From positions 17,856,001 to 17,920,000 of the forward strand of contig CM069162.1 in assembly GCA_035221665.1 (NCBI GenBank): a DNA stretch of 64,000 nt, given 5' to 3'. The translations under genes and the position numbers were made by a program. This document shows positions 34,523 to 48,065 of the stretch, one piece after another (position 1 is the stretch's first letter; each line of letters starts with the position of its first letter). The stretch is from Okamejei kenojei (lineage: Eukaryota). Under the pieces are notes generated by a model that was not told the DNA's origin, did not search any database, and saw only the letters and a program-made list of their open reading frames with translations.

Positions 34523-37214
34523 TCAGTCAACACACAGTATGTGGAGGGAATGGACAGGTGATGTTTCGGGTCAGGACCTTTCTTCAGACCAAAGATCCTA
34601 TAGGATCTTTGCTTCAGACTGCAGGTTCTGAGATTTGCAGCAGGAAAATGGTAGGGAAGGTTTTGATATTGAGGAGATGAAGGCAGGTATAAAGCTTTTA
34701 ACTGAGAGCATGGTAATATTAAATCAAACTTTAATTAAGCAAAAAGTCAGGCCCCCAGTGATGACGAGTTTTAGTTAAAAAGACCAGTGGACTGCAGCAC
34801 AACAAAAAAGTCCAAGGGAGTCAAGGGGGCTTGAGAAAGAATCAGACACACAAAATGCTGAAGTAACTCAGTGGTAAAGAATAAGTTGGATCATGAGGTC
34901 GTTTAGAAAAATGTGACGACTGGGATAAGGTATAAGAAGATAATGTTACAATGTGTTGGAAGTTTCAAGAGCATGATGTCACTCACAATTTATAGCATGA
35001 GGTGAAGCTGAATTCTCTCCTTCAAGGGAATTGTTAATTCAAGTTCCAAGTGGAAGAACTAAAAGCAGCAAGCACGTTTAAGCAGGAACTCTTTCTGTAA
35101 ATAAATTGAATGAAAATGTTGGCCACTTTAGGCTAATTTCATGTAACTTCAAGTAAATATCGGTATTCTTTAAATTCATATCAATCAAGAGCATCTGTAT
35201 ATTATAGGGAGCAAGGGCTATCTTGCTCCCAAGCAGTATGAAGACATTTTTCAAAGTCCATCTTCAGAGTTTCATTGACCGTTATATTGAACAGTCCTAC
35301 AAAGCTAATTTATTTCTCATTATCTCATTATCCATTTCTGACAGAGCCATCGCCTAACACATTATCTTTTTTTTGTGAGGATACTGATAATCTTGCCATG
35401 TATTTTCAGCAATGGCTATCTGGGTAGAAAGTCATATAATTTCACAACATAATGCACATTCAATGCAAGTCTCTTGGCAACATCTGTTTTAGCTGTGTGA
35501 GCACAGATCTGAAAATAAATCATTGTTTTTTTTTAAAATAGAGAAACTTATACATCTATAGTAACACATAAAACAAAATCTGCTGCAGCTCTTAGCTTCA
35601 TCATTGCATGCATTCTCCCTTTGTTAAGTAATGGAACGAGAAACAGAAAACTTTTCTTGCCAAGAAATGAAAGAAGAGATACTGGGAATGATGATGATGG
35701 TCTACTTATAATGCATTGCAATTTATAACACAGAACTTTTTTGGTAGGGCTTTAAATTTGGAATGGCATCATGAAATTGTTCAGAATTAACTTGATGGAG
35801 AGTGAAATCACCACTCTGCCTAGGTATGGGGTAGTCCACAACAGTAATGACAAAGAACAATTTAGATGTATTATTGCCTTTATTATATTACTTAAGGCGT
35901 GTCATCCCTGGAGAATTTTCATAATACATATATCCTCAATAAGTCATTGAGACAATCAACACTGCCACTACTTGGAGAATCCTCGCCCCCATTTGTTTTA
36001 CTGTAACATGCTCACTACTAACTACCTAGATTCGTCCACCAGTCTCCTCACAGTAACAGAATAACATGACAACCAGCACCTATTTGGGATGTGTCTATGA
36101 TGTGTCCCCCAGAAGAGGGGGAAGTAATGTGATCACGGGAAAACATACAAATTCTACACAGAAATCACCAAGAACTAAGAGGCACATGCACAACCTCTGG
36201 TACCACAGTGTCAGTCTATAATATACAGACTACTACAAAGAAATCTAAATCCACCACATACCAAGAAAAAGGGCAAGTTTATCCTTTGGTGTCTTAACAT
36301 TAGTTTAGCCCACTATATTGCCTTGTATTGGATGAATGTTTATTGTCGGGGTATTTCAGGTTTGAAACAAGAGCACAAAAAACAGAATATAAAAGTGGTT
36401 CAAAAAAGTGTTTTTAAGTTACAAAGTTCTTTATAAATAAATAAAAACATATTTGATAATTGCCAATAAATAAAATTGTAAGCAGCTAACGCAGATTATT
36501 ATGCTGAGTTCGAAATGAGATTAACTGAACAATTTTCATGCAGTGAACTACCAATTCGCAATAAAGTACACCAGCCAAATTTCAAATACCAGTCAACCAG
36601 CTAACACAGTGGAAGTCTTTAATCATGAAGGTTTCAAAGGGCATTCAAAGGATATAGAGTGCATGACTGAGAGCAAAATTTGATTACTTATGGATTTAAA
36701 TTATTTCCAAAATAAACAAAATGAGAACCTGCAGCATGTTACACAGGTTTACTTGAAAGGCGAGTCAAGTGTGTGACTGAAACGTACTTCAACGTTAATG
36801 CATTAGGAGTGCTGCAATGCTGCTGGTGCTTGAGGGCTTCAGAGCTCTGGCTAAATTAATAATATCTTCTGCACATTTGATTCAGATATAGACATTAAAT
36901 CCCAATAATATCAAACAGCACATCAAATTCAAAAGCTGCCATGCAGTTTTTGGTCACAATTGTATACACAAACTGTACTCGTGGAAACTAGAAGTGAATG
37001 AAAGCTTTGTCAAGACGTCTTAAGGAAGGGCTAGTTATGGTGGCCATTCACCGGTTCAGATTGCAGGCTACCCTCCCAAGCCAATTATATGCCCCCCTCC
37101 CAAGGTTATGCTCATGCTCGGGTATTCTTGATAAGGAAACACAGAGTGCTCATTGGTAAACATTCTGGGACCAGAGGCAGTATAACTGAGATGGCAAGGA
37201 CAATGTTTTAATTT

Positions 37215-37460
37215 GTAGGAAGGAACTGCAGGTGCTGGTTCATACCGTAGACGATAAACAAAATGCTAGAGTAACTCAGCGGGACAGGCAACATCTTTGG
37301 AGAGAAGGAATGGCTGAAATTTCAGGTCGAGACCCTTCTTCAGACTGAAAGTCATGAGGGAGTCGAGCGATATGGAAAGGTAAGATGTGAAAATGACAGA
37401 TCAAAGCAGACGATTATAAGGCTATGTAGAATGGTTAATTGTTAGGGGAAGGTGACAAAT
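37215..37460 (-). mobile_element. Hammerhead-core short element
   Basis: gtaggaaggaactgcaggtgctgg...gagtaactcagcggg...ggtcgagacccttcttcagactg. Confidence 0.8.
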
Positions 37461-39701
37461 TAATGTAAATGTTTGTTTGTTTTAAGTTGTAAATAAAGTT
37501 ATTTTATTATAGAAAGGAAATATGCAACAAATATCACAATTTCAAGTGGTGCAAAGGAACAAAGGCTGCTTAGTGTGTTTGTTCATAGGTTCTTAGAGGA
37601 CAGATTAATAAGATGGTTAAAAATGATGGCTTTCTTCATAGGCATGGAGTAAGAGAAGGGAACTGTATAAAATACCACTTTGACTTGCCAATTGCATACA
37701 ACCCTGGTCATATTTCAGAAACCTGGGGAGTGAGGGAAGGAGGGTGCTGCAAGGATCACAAATTAATAGCTCCAAGGAAATACAGGGTAAACTGGAGTTG
37801 TTTCCTTTGGAATCAAGGCATCCGAGGGGTTACTTAATTCAGGAGCATGAAATTCTGATAGAGTATGTAGGATGGACCCAGACACAGATTTGTAGAAGTT
37901 GTTCGTTTAGACATTAAAGAGACACCCTCAGGACATTTAAACCATACTTTGACGTGTACTTAATAAGCCACTATTTGTAGAGTTGTAGATTTTATGCTGG
38001 ATGGTGGGATTAGACTTGGTAGTTCTTGAAGCAGTACAGAGATGACGTGCTGTGAAGCCTCCGTATGTGTAATTATTTTTTGGCAATTCCATTATATCTC
38101 ATCAATGACAAATAGTTTCCTTCGCTAAATTCTGAATACTCACAAACAGAAATTTAAGACGCATTTCACAGCCACTCTCTAGTTACGCACTTATATGTCT
38201 TACACCAGATCTCTGCAATACCTTCTCCTTCATCACCTTAAAAACTAATAAAATTAACAAATTAAAGGCCAGTTTTAGTTGCATAATCTGTACCATTAAT
38301 GGAATATAATGTGGAAAAAGTCAGAGAAAAATAATTATGAATACATCTAGCAGAAATATCATTGCGTGAGCACCCGAATCTCCAGCATGCATACTTTGCA
38401 AATCTGCAATACTAATAAAGTTAGTTGCCCAACGTGCAAATCGTTAACCACCATCGTTGAATCAACCTGCTGGTAGAATTGACTTTAATTAATACAACCC
38501 CTAAGAAAAACAAAGTTAAATCTTTAGGATGTTCGATTGCGTTTCATTTGAAAAAATGGAAATTAGACATTGCTCATCACAAGCTATCTCCCATTTTCAA
38601 CGAGCTTTAATGGGGGAAAGCTATTCTCTCCCTTTCATAAGAAAACATTAAGTTACTTTATTTTTACCTAGAATAAATAAAATAATTAAAACTCATATTA
38701 ATAGTTTCCTACTGACCTTTCAATGAGATTTATTTAGATCTCTAAACTTGAGGAGAATTCTTCAAAGATACCAAAATGAAAACTAAACTATGCAACATAT
38801 TTCAAACAATGTACTTTTAAATACTTTGAGAGTGGAGACATTTTCCAAATGTAAGTGCATAATTCTCAAGAGAGAAAGAAAGGTTTGAAATCTGGTTAAT
38901 ATAAATGTAATGTAAAGACAACATGTTCTGCTTTTAAAATCATCATTTTACCTAGCTGCTTTTTTAAGTATCTGTTTTGACAATGAATATATTTTACTCA
39001 GTTCACATTTTCAGTTTAGATGTAGAAATTCAGTTTGTAGATTTAAATACGGAACACTTCTAAGGCAATGCTATAATTAACTAGCTCCACTTTGACTAAA
39101 GGTATACTGCCCTTAACATGGAATCGACAGCATGTAATGGCAAACCAGCGGGGAGTGGAAACAATACTGTACAACCTCATTGTGGGCGATATTCTATTGA
39201 ATAAAGTTTACAGTATTGCTCTGGGTTGCCATTATATACTGTCAATTTTGCAGAGGACAATACCAATTATGTGCCTCAAGCAAATCAAATGTTAAGGTTG
39301 CAAATTTCAAATATGCATGCTTTTTAAACTGCATCCTCAATAATTACAACCTGGAATCTTTAAACTGTATCCGATTCTCCCCTCTTCAATATGTGCAACA
39401 TGGAGACTTTACTTGAGGAGGAGTGCTGGAAATTGGATACGAGTGGGCTACAATATAGGCTGTATTGCATTCATCTCCCGTCTCCTGTCAGTAATAACCA
39501 CTCCATTGACTCCAGATGGGCTGGATATCAAAAGCCAAATGCAGATTTACATTTTTATTTTCTCCAGGTCCTCTGTGGTAGGCCAGTTCATCTTCCAAAC
39601 CACAAAGATGTTAATCATAATTATCTTTCCGACTAACTGCTGCAAACAAAACCAGAGTACAGTAACATGTGTGGCATTTTAAACAAAGCAGCTCTACCTA
39701 C

Positions 39702-39847
39702 CTAATTAATGATTCAAGAATTGCAGGGCAAGGGCCTTTCTGGAACTCCAGCTCTTTATAATGCAAGGCTTTGGCATATGCACGACATTTAGCTGCTCTC
39801 TCTCCAAGGAGGACAATGCCATTATCATCTCTCAAAGGTAGAGGCCC
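39702..39847 (-). CDS. MTOR: mTOR coding exon (exon 28 equivalent, start of FAT region)
   Basis: [48 protein letters not shown](S); atcAG/GTagg; 146 bp. Confidence 0.96.
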
Positions 39848-41476
39848 CTGATGAAAATGAAGAAGTTAGCCAGCTTGCCAAGATTAAGAAATTGATTTGT
39901 TCTTATTATCCTAGTACAGATTTACAATTAGGCAGCAAACAAAAAATAGTAGGAAATAACAGGTTTTTGGGGGGATGCTAGAATGCAAGCAGAAGGAACC
40001 TGCAAGAATCAGAGGTTATGCCACAACTTATTTTTAATATACATCAATGACAAATGAGGGGCTGTATGGAATGTATCCAATCTGATACAAAGCTAAGAGA
40101 AAGGCAAGCTGAGAAACAAGACAGAAGCTGTAAAGGAATTATAGACTTCCTTAGCAGAAAGATTTTAGTAGAAAGAAATTATGACATTGGTAATGAGTCA
40201 GAAAACATTTTTTTGCCAATCTTACCATATTGCAGTATATTAAGAAGCCAAGTACAGCAAGCAGCAATGACATCAAAAGGCACACCAAGCTTCACTGTAA
40301 GTGGATTGGGAGTATAAAAATAAGGAAGCCTCTGGAGCTTTGGTGAGATTTTCCCTCGAGTGCCAGAGGCTGTTTTGATTTCCTACTTGCCCAAAAGGGC
40401 ATGTAACAAAAGTGCACTTGAATAGGTTAATAGGAGAGCCCATGATTAGAGAAGGAATATAACGTGCCTATATCTACCAGAATTTTGAAAACTGAGATGC
40501 ATACATAAAGAAATTATTAGATCCTGAGAGGGCAAAAGCACAGATGCTATTTCCCTGGCTCGACTGACTGGAATGAGGGATTATGGCTTCAGGATGAGGT
40601 CAGCAATTTAGAAGGGAAGGGAGAAATTACTTCAGTCAAAGTGTGCAAGATCTTGATTGAAAACATGTATGCTTGATCGTAATCATATCGTCATTTCTTT
40701 GACTGGATACCATGCAACAAAAAAAGCTTGTTACTCTACCTTGATACACATGACAATAATAACATTAAACCTTAAAGATAGAATAGAAACATAGAAAACA
40801 GATGCAGGAGTAGGCCATTCGGCATTTCAAGTACCCCGTTCCTACTTTCTCCCCATATCCCTTGATTCCGTTAGCCCTAAGAGCTATCCAACCTCCAAGG
40901 AATGTGAGCATTCAATGCGCATTTTCACCAAGGGAATCGAGGCATTGGGAGATGGACTAAGAAAATAGTGCTATAAAAGTTCTGTAACAATCATACTGTC
41001 AATAATAAAACAATAATAAAACTAACTAAACCTTAAAGATATCCCACCTCTGAGCAATGTGAGCATTCAATGAGCATTTTCACAAAGGGAATCAAGGCAT
41101 TTGGATAAAGGCAAGGAAAACAGTGTTGTAAAAGATCTGCTATAAACTTACTGAGTAGTGGACAGGCCTTAAGATTCTCCATGCTCTACTAGCTGCGCCA
41201 CTGCTCTGCCTGTATTTTGCTAAGCGTGGACATTTATAGAATTTGATAAGAGACAAGCTTTCCTTTGAAAGTGAAATAAAACCGACAGATTCTGGAAATT
41301 TGACATAAAACAAAAATAGCTGCAAACACTGCAGGCATGCAGCATCTGTGAAAAAAAGGAAACAGAAATGACATTTCATGTCTGAGAATTTTATCTTTGC
41401 TTCTCTTTCTGTGGATGCTGTTGGACCTGCAGAGAGTTTCCAGCATTTTCTGTTTTTGATTTGGCTTCTCCTTTAC

Positions 41477-41639
41477 CTTGTCACTGTGCTCCATGAACTC
41501 AGCCAGGTTAAGCAGTGTTTGCGTGACCTCAGCAATGTCCTGGGAAATTAAAGCTTGCTCAATACTTCTGATCAGCTCATCTTGCTGAGATTCATGCAGT
41601 TCCGACCAACAGGAGAGGAAGGCTGCATTAAACAGGTCC
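41477..41639 (-). CDS. MTOR: mTOR coding exon (exon 27 equivalent)
   Basis: [54 protein letters not shown]; tacAG/GTaaa; 163 bp. Confidence 0.96.
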
Positions 41640-43206
41640 CTGTATTACAAGAAAGTACAAAACGTTAACATGTAGTGAGAAAAATAAATGATATGCCTGT
41701 TTAGATGAAAATATTTGTTCACTATAACTAAAAAATGAAAAATTAAAAATGTAGTTTTATTCAAGCACATTTTTTACTTATGCTTACAGGAGACGGCCAT
41801 TTAACTCATTGGGTCCATTCCAGTTCCAAGAGTAGTAATCCCTTTGGTCCCATTAACGTTATCCCTATTTCCTTGTATCCTTCCAAATTTATTTATGACT
41901 AATTTATTTCCCTCTTACTGTGGGCACTCTGTGGACTGATTACTCTCCAAAGTGGCAATTTTCCCAGTGCAAGCCTAGACAGAGACCGTTAACTGTTCAT
42001 TCAACGATGGATGGCAGTGTCAAAACCAGATCGGACCCAGATTTTTCATTGTGGCTTGGAAACCTTGGCATTTCTTCACCGAAAATATATAATTGCCTTC
42101 CCAGACTGAACCTCCAACCCTATACTAGCTCATTTTGGCTTAAAAGCAAACATCAGTGCATAAAAATTAGCCAAATTACCTCAGGTTCAAAAGCAATAGG
42201 GTTCCACATTGCTGTTTAATGTTATTGCCTTGTACGAGGTAAAAAAAAGTACGGCTTCTGAAAAAATTATATTCTCTCATTGTTGGCAGACTAATTTGCA
42301 AAGGTTACTACTTAGAATATTCCAGAGCAAAGCTCTTCAATAGAATAATCACCTATCTAATTCATATGCATAACCCATTTTGCAATTACAACCTCATGAG
42401 TTATTTGTTGTCATGCAATTGCAAAGAAAGGATTATTTGGAATAATATGAAATTTGGAAAATTAATCATCAGTAAATCTATATAAATGTACAGTATTGTT
42501 GAAAACAAGTTGCTGTATAGTCATTTTATATGACCTTATCAGTTGTCATAACCACATATTTATTCTAAATATCTTTTAAAATATATCTTATCCACAATGA
42601 GAATCTGCAAAGTAGAATTTCTATCTAAAACACTCCTTTCATTGGTGATTGCTCACAATTTTTTTCTTTTTATTCTTATTTTAGCCAACGTATTTAATTT
42701 GCTCTTTCAGCACTAGGATATTTGCATGGTATTACTTTCATGGTTTTCACAAGGATGTCGACACTGGGGATTCTAATAATACCACTGTGCGTCAAGTGGC
42801 AGCAACCCAAGTCAGCCTAGGGTAAAAGATTTGAAGGAAATAAAATTGATTCCTAACGAAATCTGAAAATTATAGTCAGCAGATCACGCAGCTTCAGTGG
42901 AAAGAGAAATAAAGGGATTTTGACTTGAAATGTTAACTCTGTTCCCTTTCCACAAATATTGTCTGAACTGTTAATATTTTGGGCATTTTGTTTCTATTTC
43001 AGATTTCCAACATCTGCAGTTTTTACATTTTCAAATTAGCTCCACAGTTGATGTTTCTTTTCAAATATAGGAAACTCTCGAATTAAGAAATGAAAATACG
43101 TGAAGCGAGGGAATTTATGAAATTATTTCTGCATCATTTTGGACACAAGAATATAAGTGCAAGAGGAACCCACTCAACCCATCAAACCTGCCCTGCCATT
43201 TTGTAT

Positions 43207-43402
43207 AAGAAAGAACTGCAGATGTTGGAACAATCGAAGGTAGACAAAACTGCTGGAGAAACTCAGCGGGTGTGGCAGCATCTATGGAGAGAGGAAATAG
43301 GCGACGTTTCGGGACTGAAGGGTCTCGACCCGAAACGTCGCCTATTCCTTCTCTCCACAGATGCTGCCTCACCCACTGAGTTTCTCCAGCATTTTTTGTC
43401 TA
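43207..43402. mobile_element. Inverted dimer of the hammerhead-core element with 15-bp TSD
   Basis: Arms aataggcgacgtttcggg / cccgaaacgtcgcctatt; TSD CCTGCCATTTTGTAT at 43192-43206 and 43403-43417. Confidence 0.88.
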
Positions 43403-43454
43403 CCTGCCATTTTGTATGATCATGTCTGATCTCCACCATGCTATATATATAGAT

Positions 43455-43930
43455 TTGAAGCACTGTGTACAGTTCTGGTCATCCTCCTATAGGAAGGATG
43501 TTAAGATGTAAAGGGTGCAAAAAAGATGATGAGGATGTTGAGATCTAGAAGGTTTGAATTACAAAGAGAGGTTTGAGTCTGGGTCATCTTTCCTTGGAGA
43601 GGAGGAGGCGGAGTGGTGACCTTATAGAAGTGTCCCAAGTTATGAGGAGCACACGAGGTGAAAAGCCACAATCTTTACGCGAAGATAGAGGAGTTTAAAA
43701 CTCAAGGGCATAAGGTTTAAGACGAGAGGAGAAGGATTTAAGTGACTGGAGGGGTAACTTTCTCATGCAGAGAATAGTACTTGGAATGAACTGCCAGAGG
43801 AAGTGACAAAGTAAGTACAATTACAACTACTACATTTAATAGACATTTAGATAGGTACATGGAAAAAGTGTTTGGAGGATTATGGGCCAGCCAATGGCAA
43901 TTGGGACCAGATCAATTAGGCAACTGCGTC
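43455..43930 (+). mobile_element. Degenerate CR1 LINE 3' region
   Basis: tgtgtacagttctggtc (CVQFWS), ggtgaccttatagaag (GDLIE), tggaatgaactgccagagg (WNELPE). Confidence 0.7.
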
Positions 43931-44439
43931 AGCAGTTTCCTGTTTATGTTGAATCCTATCTACTCCATGTTGTGTTCTTTATTTTTAATGTTTGGCTGTA
44001 TGGTGATTTAATTTTGCTGTGCAATTTGCACATGTGACAAATAAATGCATCTTATCTTATCTTTCCATGTTACACAGTTCCATGACTGTATGGCCACTAT
44101 TTTAAATGACTACTATACCTAATCTCTTAACTATGTCCATTAATTTGAGATTACCCTGTCCATGGAAACATCCTAATGTCTACCCTTTAATCCTTTAGTA
44201 TCTTACATAGTTTAACAAGAACATGCTTAATTCTTCCCATCTCCAAATAATTTATTTTGATTCTTTTAACAAGCTGAACCCCATTAATTGCTAATAACGT
44301 TAGTTTTATAATCTGACATAAATGTCTCAAATTCATTCTTTTCTCTTGCTAACAAATGTTTAAGTGCTTGTTATTTGGAAGGAAGTGGGGAGATTTGGAG
44401 ATCAATGATAATGGAAAACCAGTTAACGTCATCTCTGGT

Positions 44440-44730
44440 GATTGGTTCAGTCTGATCACAATCTTCATAGGGGATCACTTGGGCTCGAGGAATATCTCTA
44501 GTTCTGTGGTGGGCAAGAATCATTTGAGGGATCCACTGATTCCGCCACAAGTGGACTTGTTTATGCATGGCATCTGGCATTGAGGTCAAGGACTTCAGTG
44601 CCTTCCCATATATCATTACTTCACATTGAGCAGTCATGGGCCAGGGCCACACAAGTCGGTGAGGATGTAACACTCCTCCCAGGAGATGCTGAGAACATCT
44701 TTGAAACATTTTCTCTGACCTCTGATGTGC
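44440..44730 (-). mobile_element. RTE-clade LINE 3' fragment
   Basis: Minus strand GQRKCFKDVL...ALAHDCS...IWEGTE resembles the recalled RTE C-terminus GQRKRFKD.LK...WE.LA.DR..W. Confidence 0.55.
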
Positions 44731-44830
44731 ATCTTTGTGAACCAGTCGATTTAAGGAATACCAATTAAATATTTGATCCGTATTTATGATCTACTATTTG
44801 GCAATGTCACAATACAATGAGGATTTCTAC

Positions 44831-44973
44831 CTGGCCAAGGGGTTGTAGGCCTGAGCAAGCGGCCAACATGAGCGGAGTGCAGGTGATGGGGATTCTTTTA
44901 GTAATTCCACACTGAGTCGCCTCAGCCATTCCATCCAGTCATCCTTAGAGACTCTCCTGGCAGCTCCCCATGC
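44831..44973 (-). CDS. MTOR: mTOR coding exon (exon 26 equivalent)
   Basis: [47 protein letters not shown](R); tttcAG/GTaga; 143 bp. Confidence 0.96.
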
Positions 44974-45542
44974 CTGAAACAGAAGCATAACTGCTTACAA
45001 TTGCTCTTTTGTGACACATTTTCAAGCAGTTGAGTGTAGCAGTTTGGGCATGTACTGGCTAACTCATTACTGTGGTCCTGCTAAAATATATGAATTTTAT
45101 TAATGAAAGAGTCAGTTGAAACGTTAGCCACTATAAAAAATACAATTAAATGAAACCATTAATGCCTGCTTCATAATAGTGAACAAAGGAATGCCATGGA
45201 TGTATTGGCATTCATCTGTTAATAAACACCCTCTAAACCATTCATTTAAAAAACATAATTTTTGTTTCTAATTAGTGGCTGGTATTTCTATGGAAATTAA
45301 TACAATTGCAGGTACTATTGTAATATAGTACTAATCCCCCTACATCACAAGAAATGCTCACCACTTGCTGAAGGATAATTATAGAGTGGCATTAAATACT
45401 AGCAAGTCAGTAAAGCCAATCTCTTGCAAATGGATAAAAATAGCCTAAAAAGACCATACAAACAACACCGACAAATAACAGATTTTTATATAACGTAATT
45501 AATCAGGAGAAATATGGTTGAGCGCCTGCATCCACTTTATAA

Positions 45543-45785
45543 GTTTAGGAGCAGAATTAGGCCATTTGGCACACCAGGTCTACATCGCCCTTCAATCACG
45601 GCCGATCTATCTTTCCCTCTCACTCCAATCTCCTGCCTTCTCCCCATAATCCGACACCCAAACTAATCAAGAATCTATCAATCTCCACCTTAAAAATATC
45701 CAGTGATTTGGCCTCCACAACCTTCTATGGCAATGAATTCCACAGATTCACCACCCGCTGAAGAAATTCCTCGTCATCTCCTCAA
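45543..45785 (-). mobile_element. CR1 LINE 3' end
   Basis: gcagaattaggccatttggc...ctcctgccttctccccataa...gaattccacagattcaccac. Confidence 0.8.
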
Positions 45786-46589
45786 TTCAGAGCTTAGATC
45801 GGCTTAATGTAATACCCCACAGGAAAGCACGCCCTCAGTACAGTAGTAGTGTGAGCTTTGATTTTATTGTGCTAGGATCACCATCCAAATCAATCATTGA
45901 CAAACCCGCTAAGAAATAAGCCATGACAGAATTAACCTATGAGGGAGAGGGGTAGGAGCAGGCTTGTGCAATGCCTGGACCATTTGGATTCAAAGGCCTG
46001 CGTTTATGATTTACATTCTATGTGTGGAAACATTATGATACGTTCCGGATCTGAAAGTAGTACATACTTCTTTGGTTTCATTGTCATTTCATTATAACAA
46101 TAAATAATGTGAACAATACCTTGCATGGTGATCAGCAGAAATTAATGTTATTTGGCCAACATTGTCATAATTAAGGCCCATTTCAACAGTCTTTTACAGG
46201 GTCATAAATTATCATAATTTCACATTACATAGACATATGCATAGAGACTACCAAGAGAGTTAGAAAAAGTTAACATTTGATTTACAAGTTGCTAATTACT
46301 TTGTTTTAATACAGTTTTGACATTTACATGTTCCCATGAGTACTTAAATGACACTATAGATGTGATACTAAAGATCTGAACAAGATTTCATGAAATGTTT
46401 CTGCAATCTGCATTGACAATTACTGCTTGTTCTGATGCCCAAAGTACAACATGCTGATTAAACTGTGTCATATCCTTGAAGGGAACAAACTATTTCCGCT
46501 TCAACTTTACATGAAAGATGACTGAACCAAAGATGTACATCATTCGAGAATAAAAGCAGTGTTAGGCTGTCAATCACTAAGATGCACGT

Positions 46590-47156
46590 AAAATGCTCTA
46601 TAAGGCACTGGCGAGGCCACGTTTGGAATATTGTGAACAGTTTTGGGCACCATATCTGAGGAATAATGTGCTGGCTCTGGAGAGGGTCCAGAGGAGGTTT
46701 ACAAGAATGATCCCAGGAATTATTAGGTAGACCTATGATGAGCGTTTGTCAGCATTGGGCTTGTACTCGCTGGAGATTAGGAGAATGAGGGGAGACCTCA
46801 TTGAAACATACAGAATAGTGAAAGGCTTGGATAGAGTGGGTGTGGAGAGGATGTTTTCACTAGTGGGAGAGTCTAGGACTGGAGATCATAGCCTCAGAAT
46901 TAAAGGGCGTTATTTTAGGAAGGCGATGGGGAGAAATTTATTTCATCAGAGGCTGGTGAATCTGTGAAATTATTTGCCACAGAAGGCAAAGTCGGTGGAT
47001 ATTTTTTAAGGTAGAGATAGATAGATTCTTAATTAGTAGAGGTGTCAGAGGTTATGGGGAGAAGGCAGGAGAATGGGGTTAGGAGGGAGAGATAGATCAG
47101 CCATGATTGAATGGCAGAGTAGACTTTATGGGCCGAATGGCCCGTTCTTATGACCT
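46590..47156 (+). mobile_element. CR1 LINE RT C-terminus and 3' UTR, ending about 50 bp from an MTOR donor site
   Basis: LYKALARPRLEYCEQFWAPYL, LGLYSLEIRRMRGDLIETY; 3' UTR as at 205-335. Confidence 0.88.
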
Positions 47157-47209
47157 TAATGCATATAGCTAAAATGATGTACTGATCTTATTTTTAACCA
47201 TGGACAAAC

Positions 47210-47356
47210 CTTCTGCAGATTGGTGGTGCTGACGTGTAATTTCTTCATCGGTCCAGTCTCCACAGGTCCACTTGATAGCTTGTCACCTTGATTGCCCCGT
47301 GAATTCCGATGTTGAAAAATTATAGGATCTTCCTCTTCTTCAGCCAACGTGTAACC
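47210..47356 (-). CDS. MTOR: mTOR coding exon (exon 25 equivalent)
   Basis: GYTLAEEEEDPIIFQHRNSRGNQGDKLSSGPVETGPMKKLHVSTTNLQK; aatAG/GTttgt; 147 bp. Confidence 0.96.
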
Positions 47357-47548
47357 CTATTGTGCACAAATTAGTTTTAATAATTTCCTTCACAGTGGAA
47401 ACAGAATTCAGATATTTTCGTTTGACTATTCCCAGAAAAATTGAAGATTAGGCAACATACCTAGGTCCAGTCTTTGGTCAGTACAATTGTAGATACTGCA
47501 ATATACATAGGATTAGGATATCAACTTAGCCATTGCATTATAAGTGTA

Positions 47549-48065
47549 CTAGACCAAGTGGGACCCGTTAGGTCCCAGCTTCACATGGGAGGGCTGGTCC
47601 CTCAACGCAATATTCCACCTCTCCACCAATTCCAATATTGCTGGCTAGTGTGGGGGAGGGGGGGTTTCTGGAGCGCTAGCATAGTGTTGTGGGCCAAGGG
47701 GGTTGGTTTCCAGAGGGCTAGTATGGTCATTGTGGGCCAAATGGATTCTTGGGCTGGCAGCTCAGTCACTGAGGCCGTGCATGCGCACAAACACGCACAC
47801 ACACACCGCGGTAACACACACACACACACCGCGGTGACACACACATACACCGCGGTGATTGACAGGCGAGAGGATTTCAAGGTTTTTTAAACACTCATAA
47901 CTTTTTTCTTTTTTATCGATGGTAAAAGTCCTCGGGGCTTGCTCAGCAGAGGAGGACTGTGAGTAAGATGGCCAAAAACCATAGCGATATATGGTAGCGT
48001 TTTTTCTAAAATCAATATACAGCGCAGACAGGAAGTGGTCAAGATGCGACTTTTAATTATATAGA
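47549..48065 (-). mobile_element. Non-autonomous Helitron
   Basis: Minus strand starts A|TCTATATAATTAAAAG and ends TGGGACC-TAACG-GGTCCCA-CTTGGT-CTAG|T: 5' TC, subterminal hairpin, 3' CTAG, A/T insertion site, no TSD; internal (CA)n tract. Confidence 0.85.
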
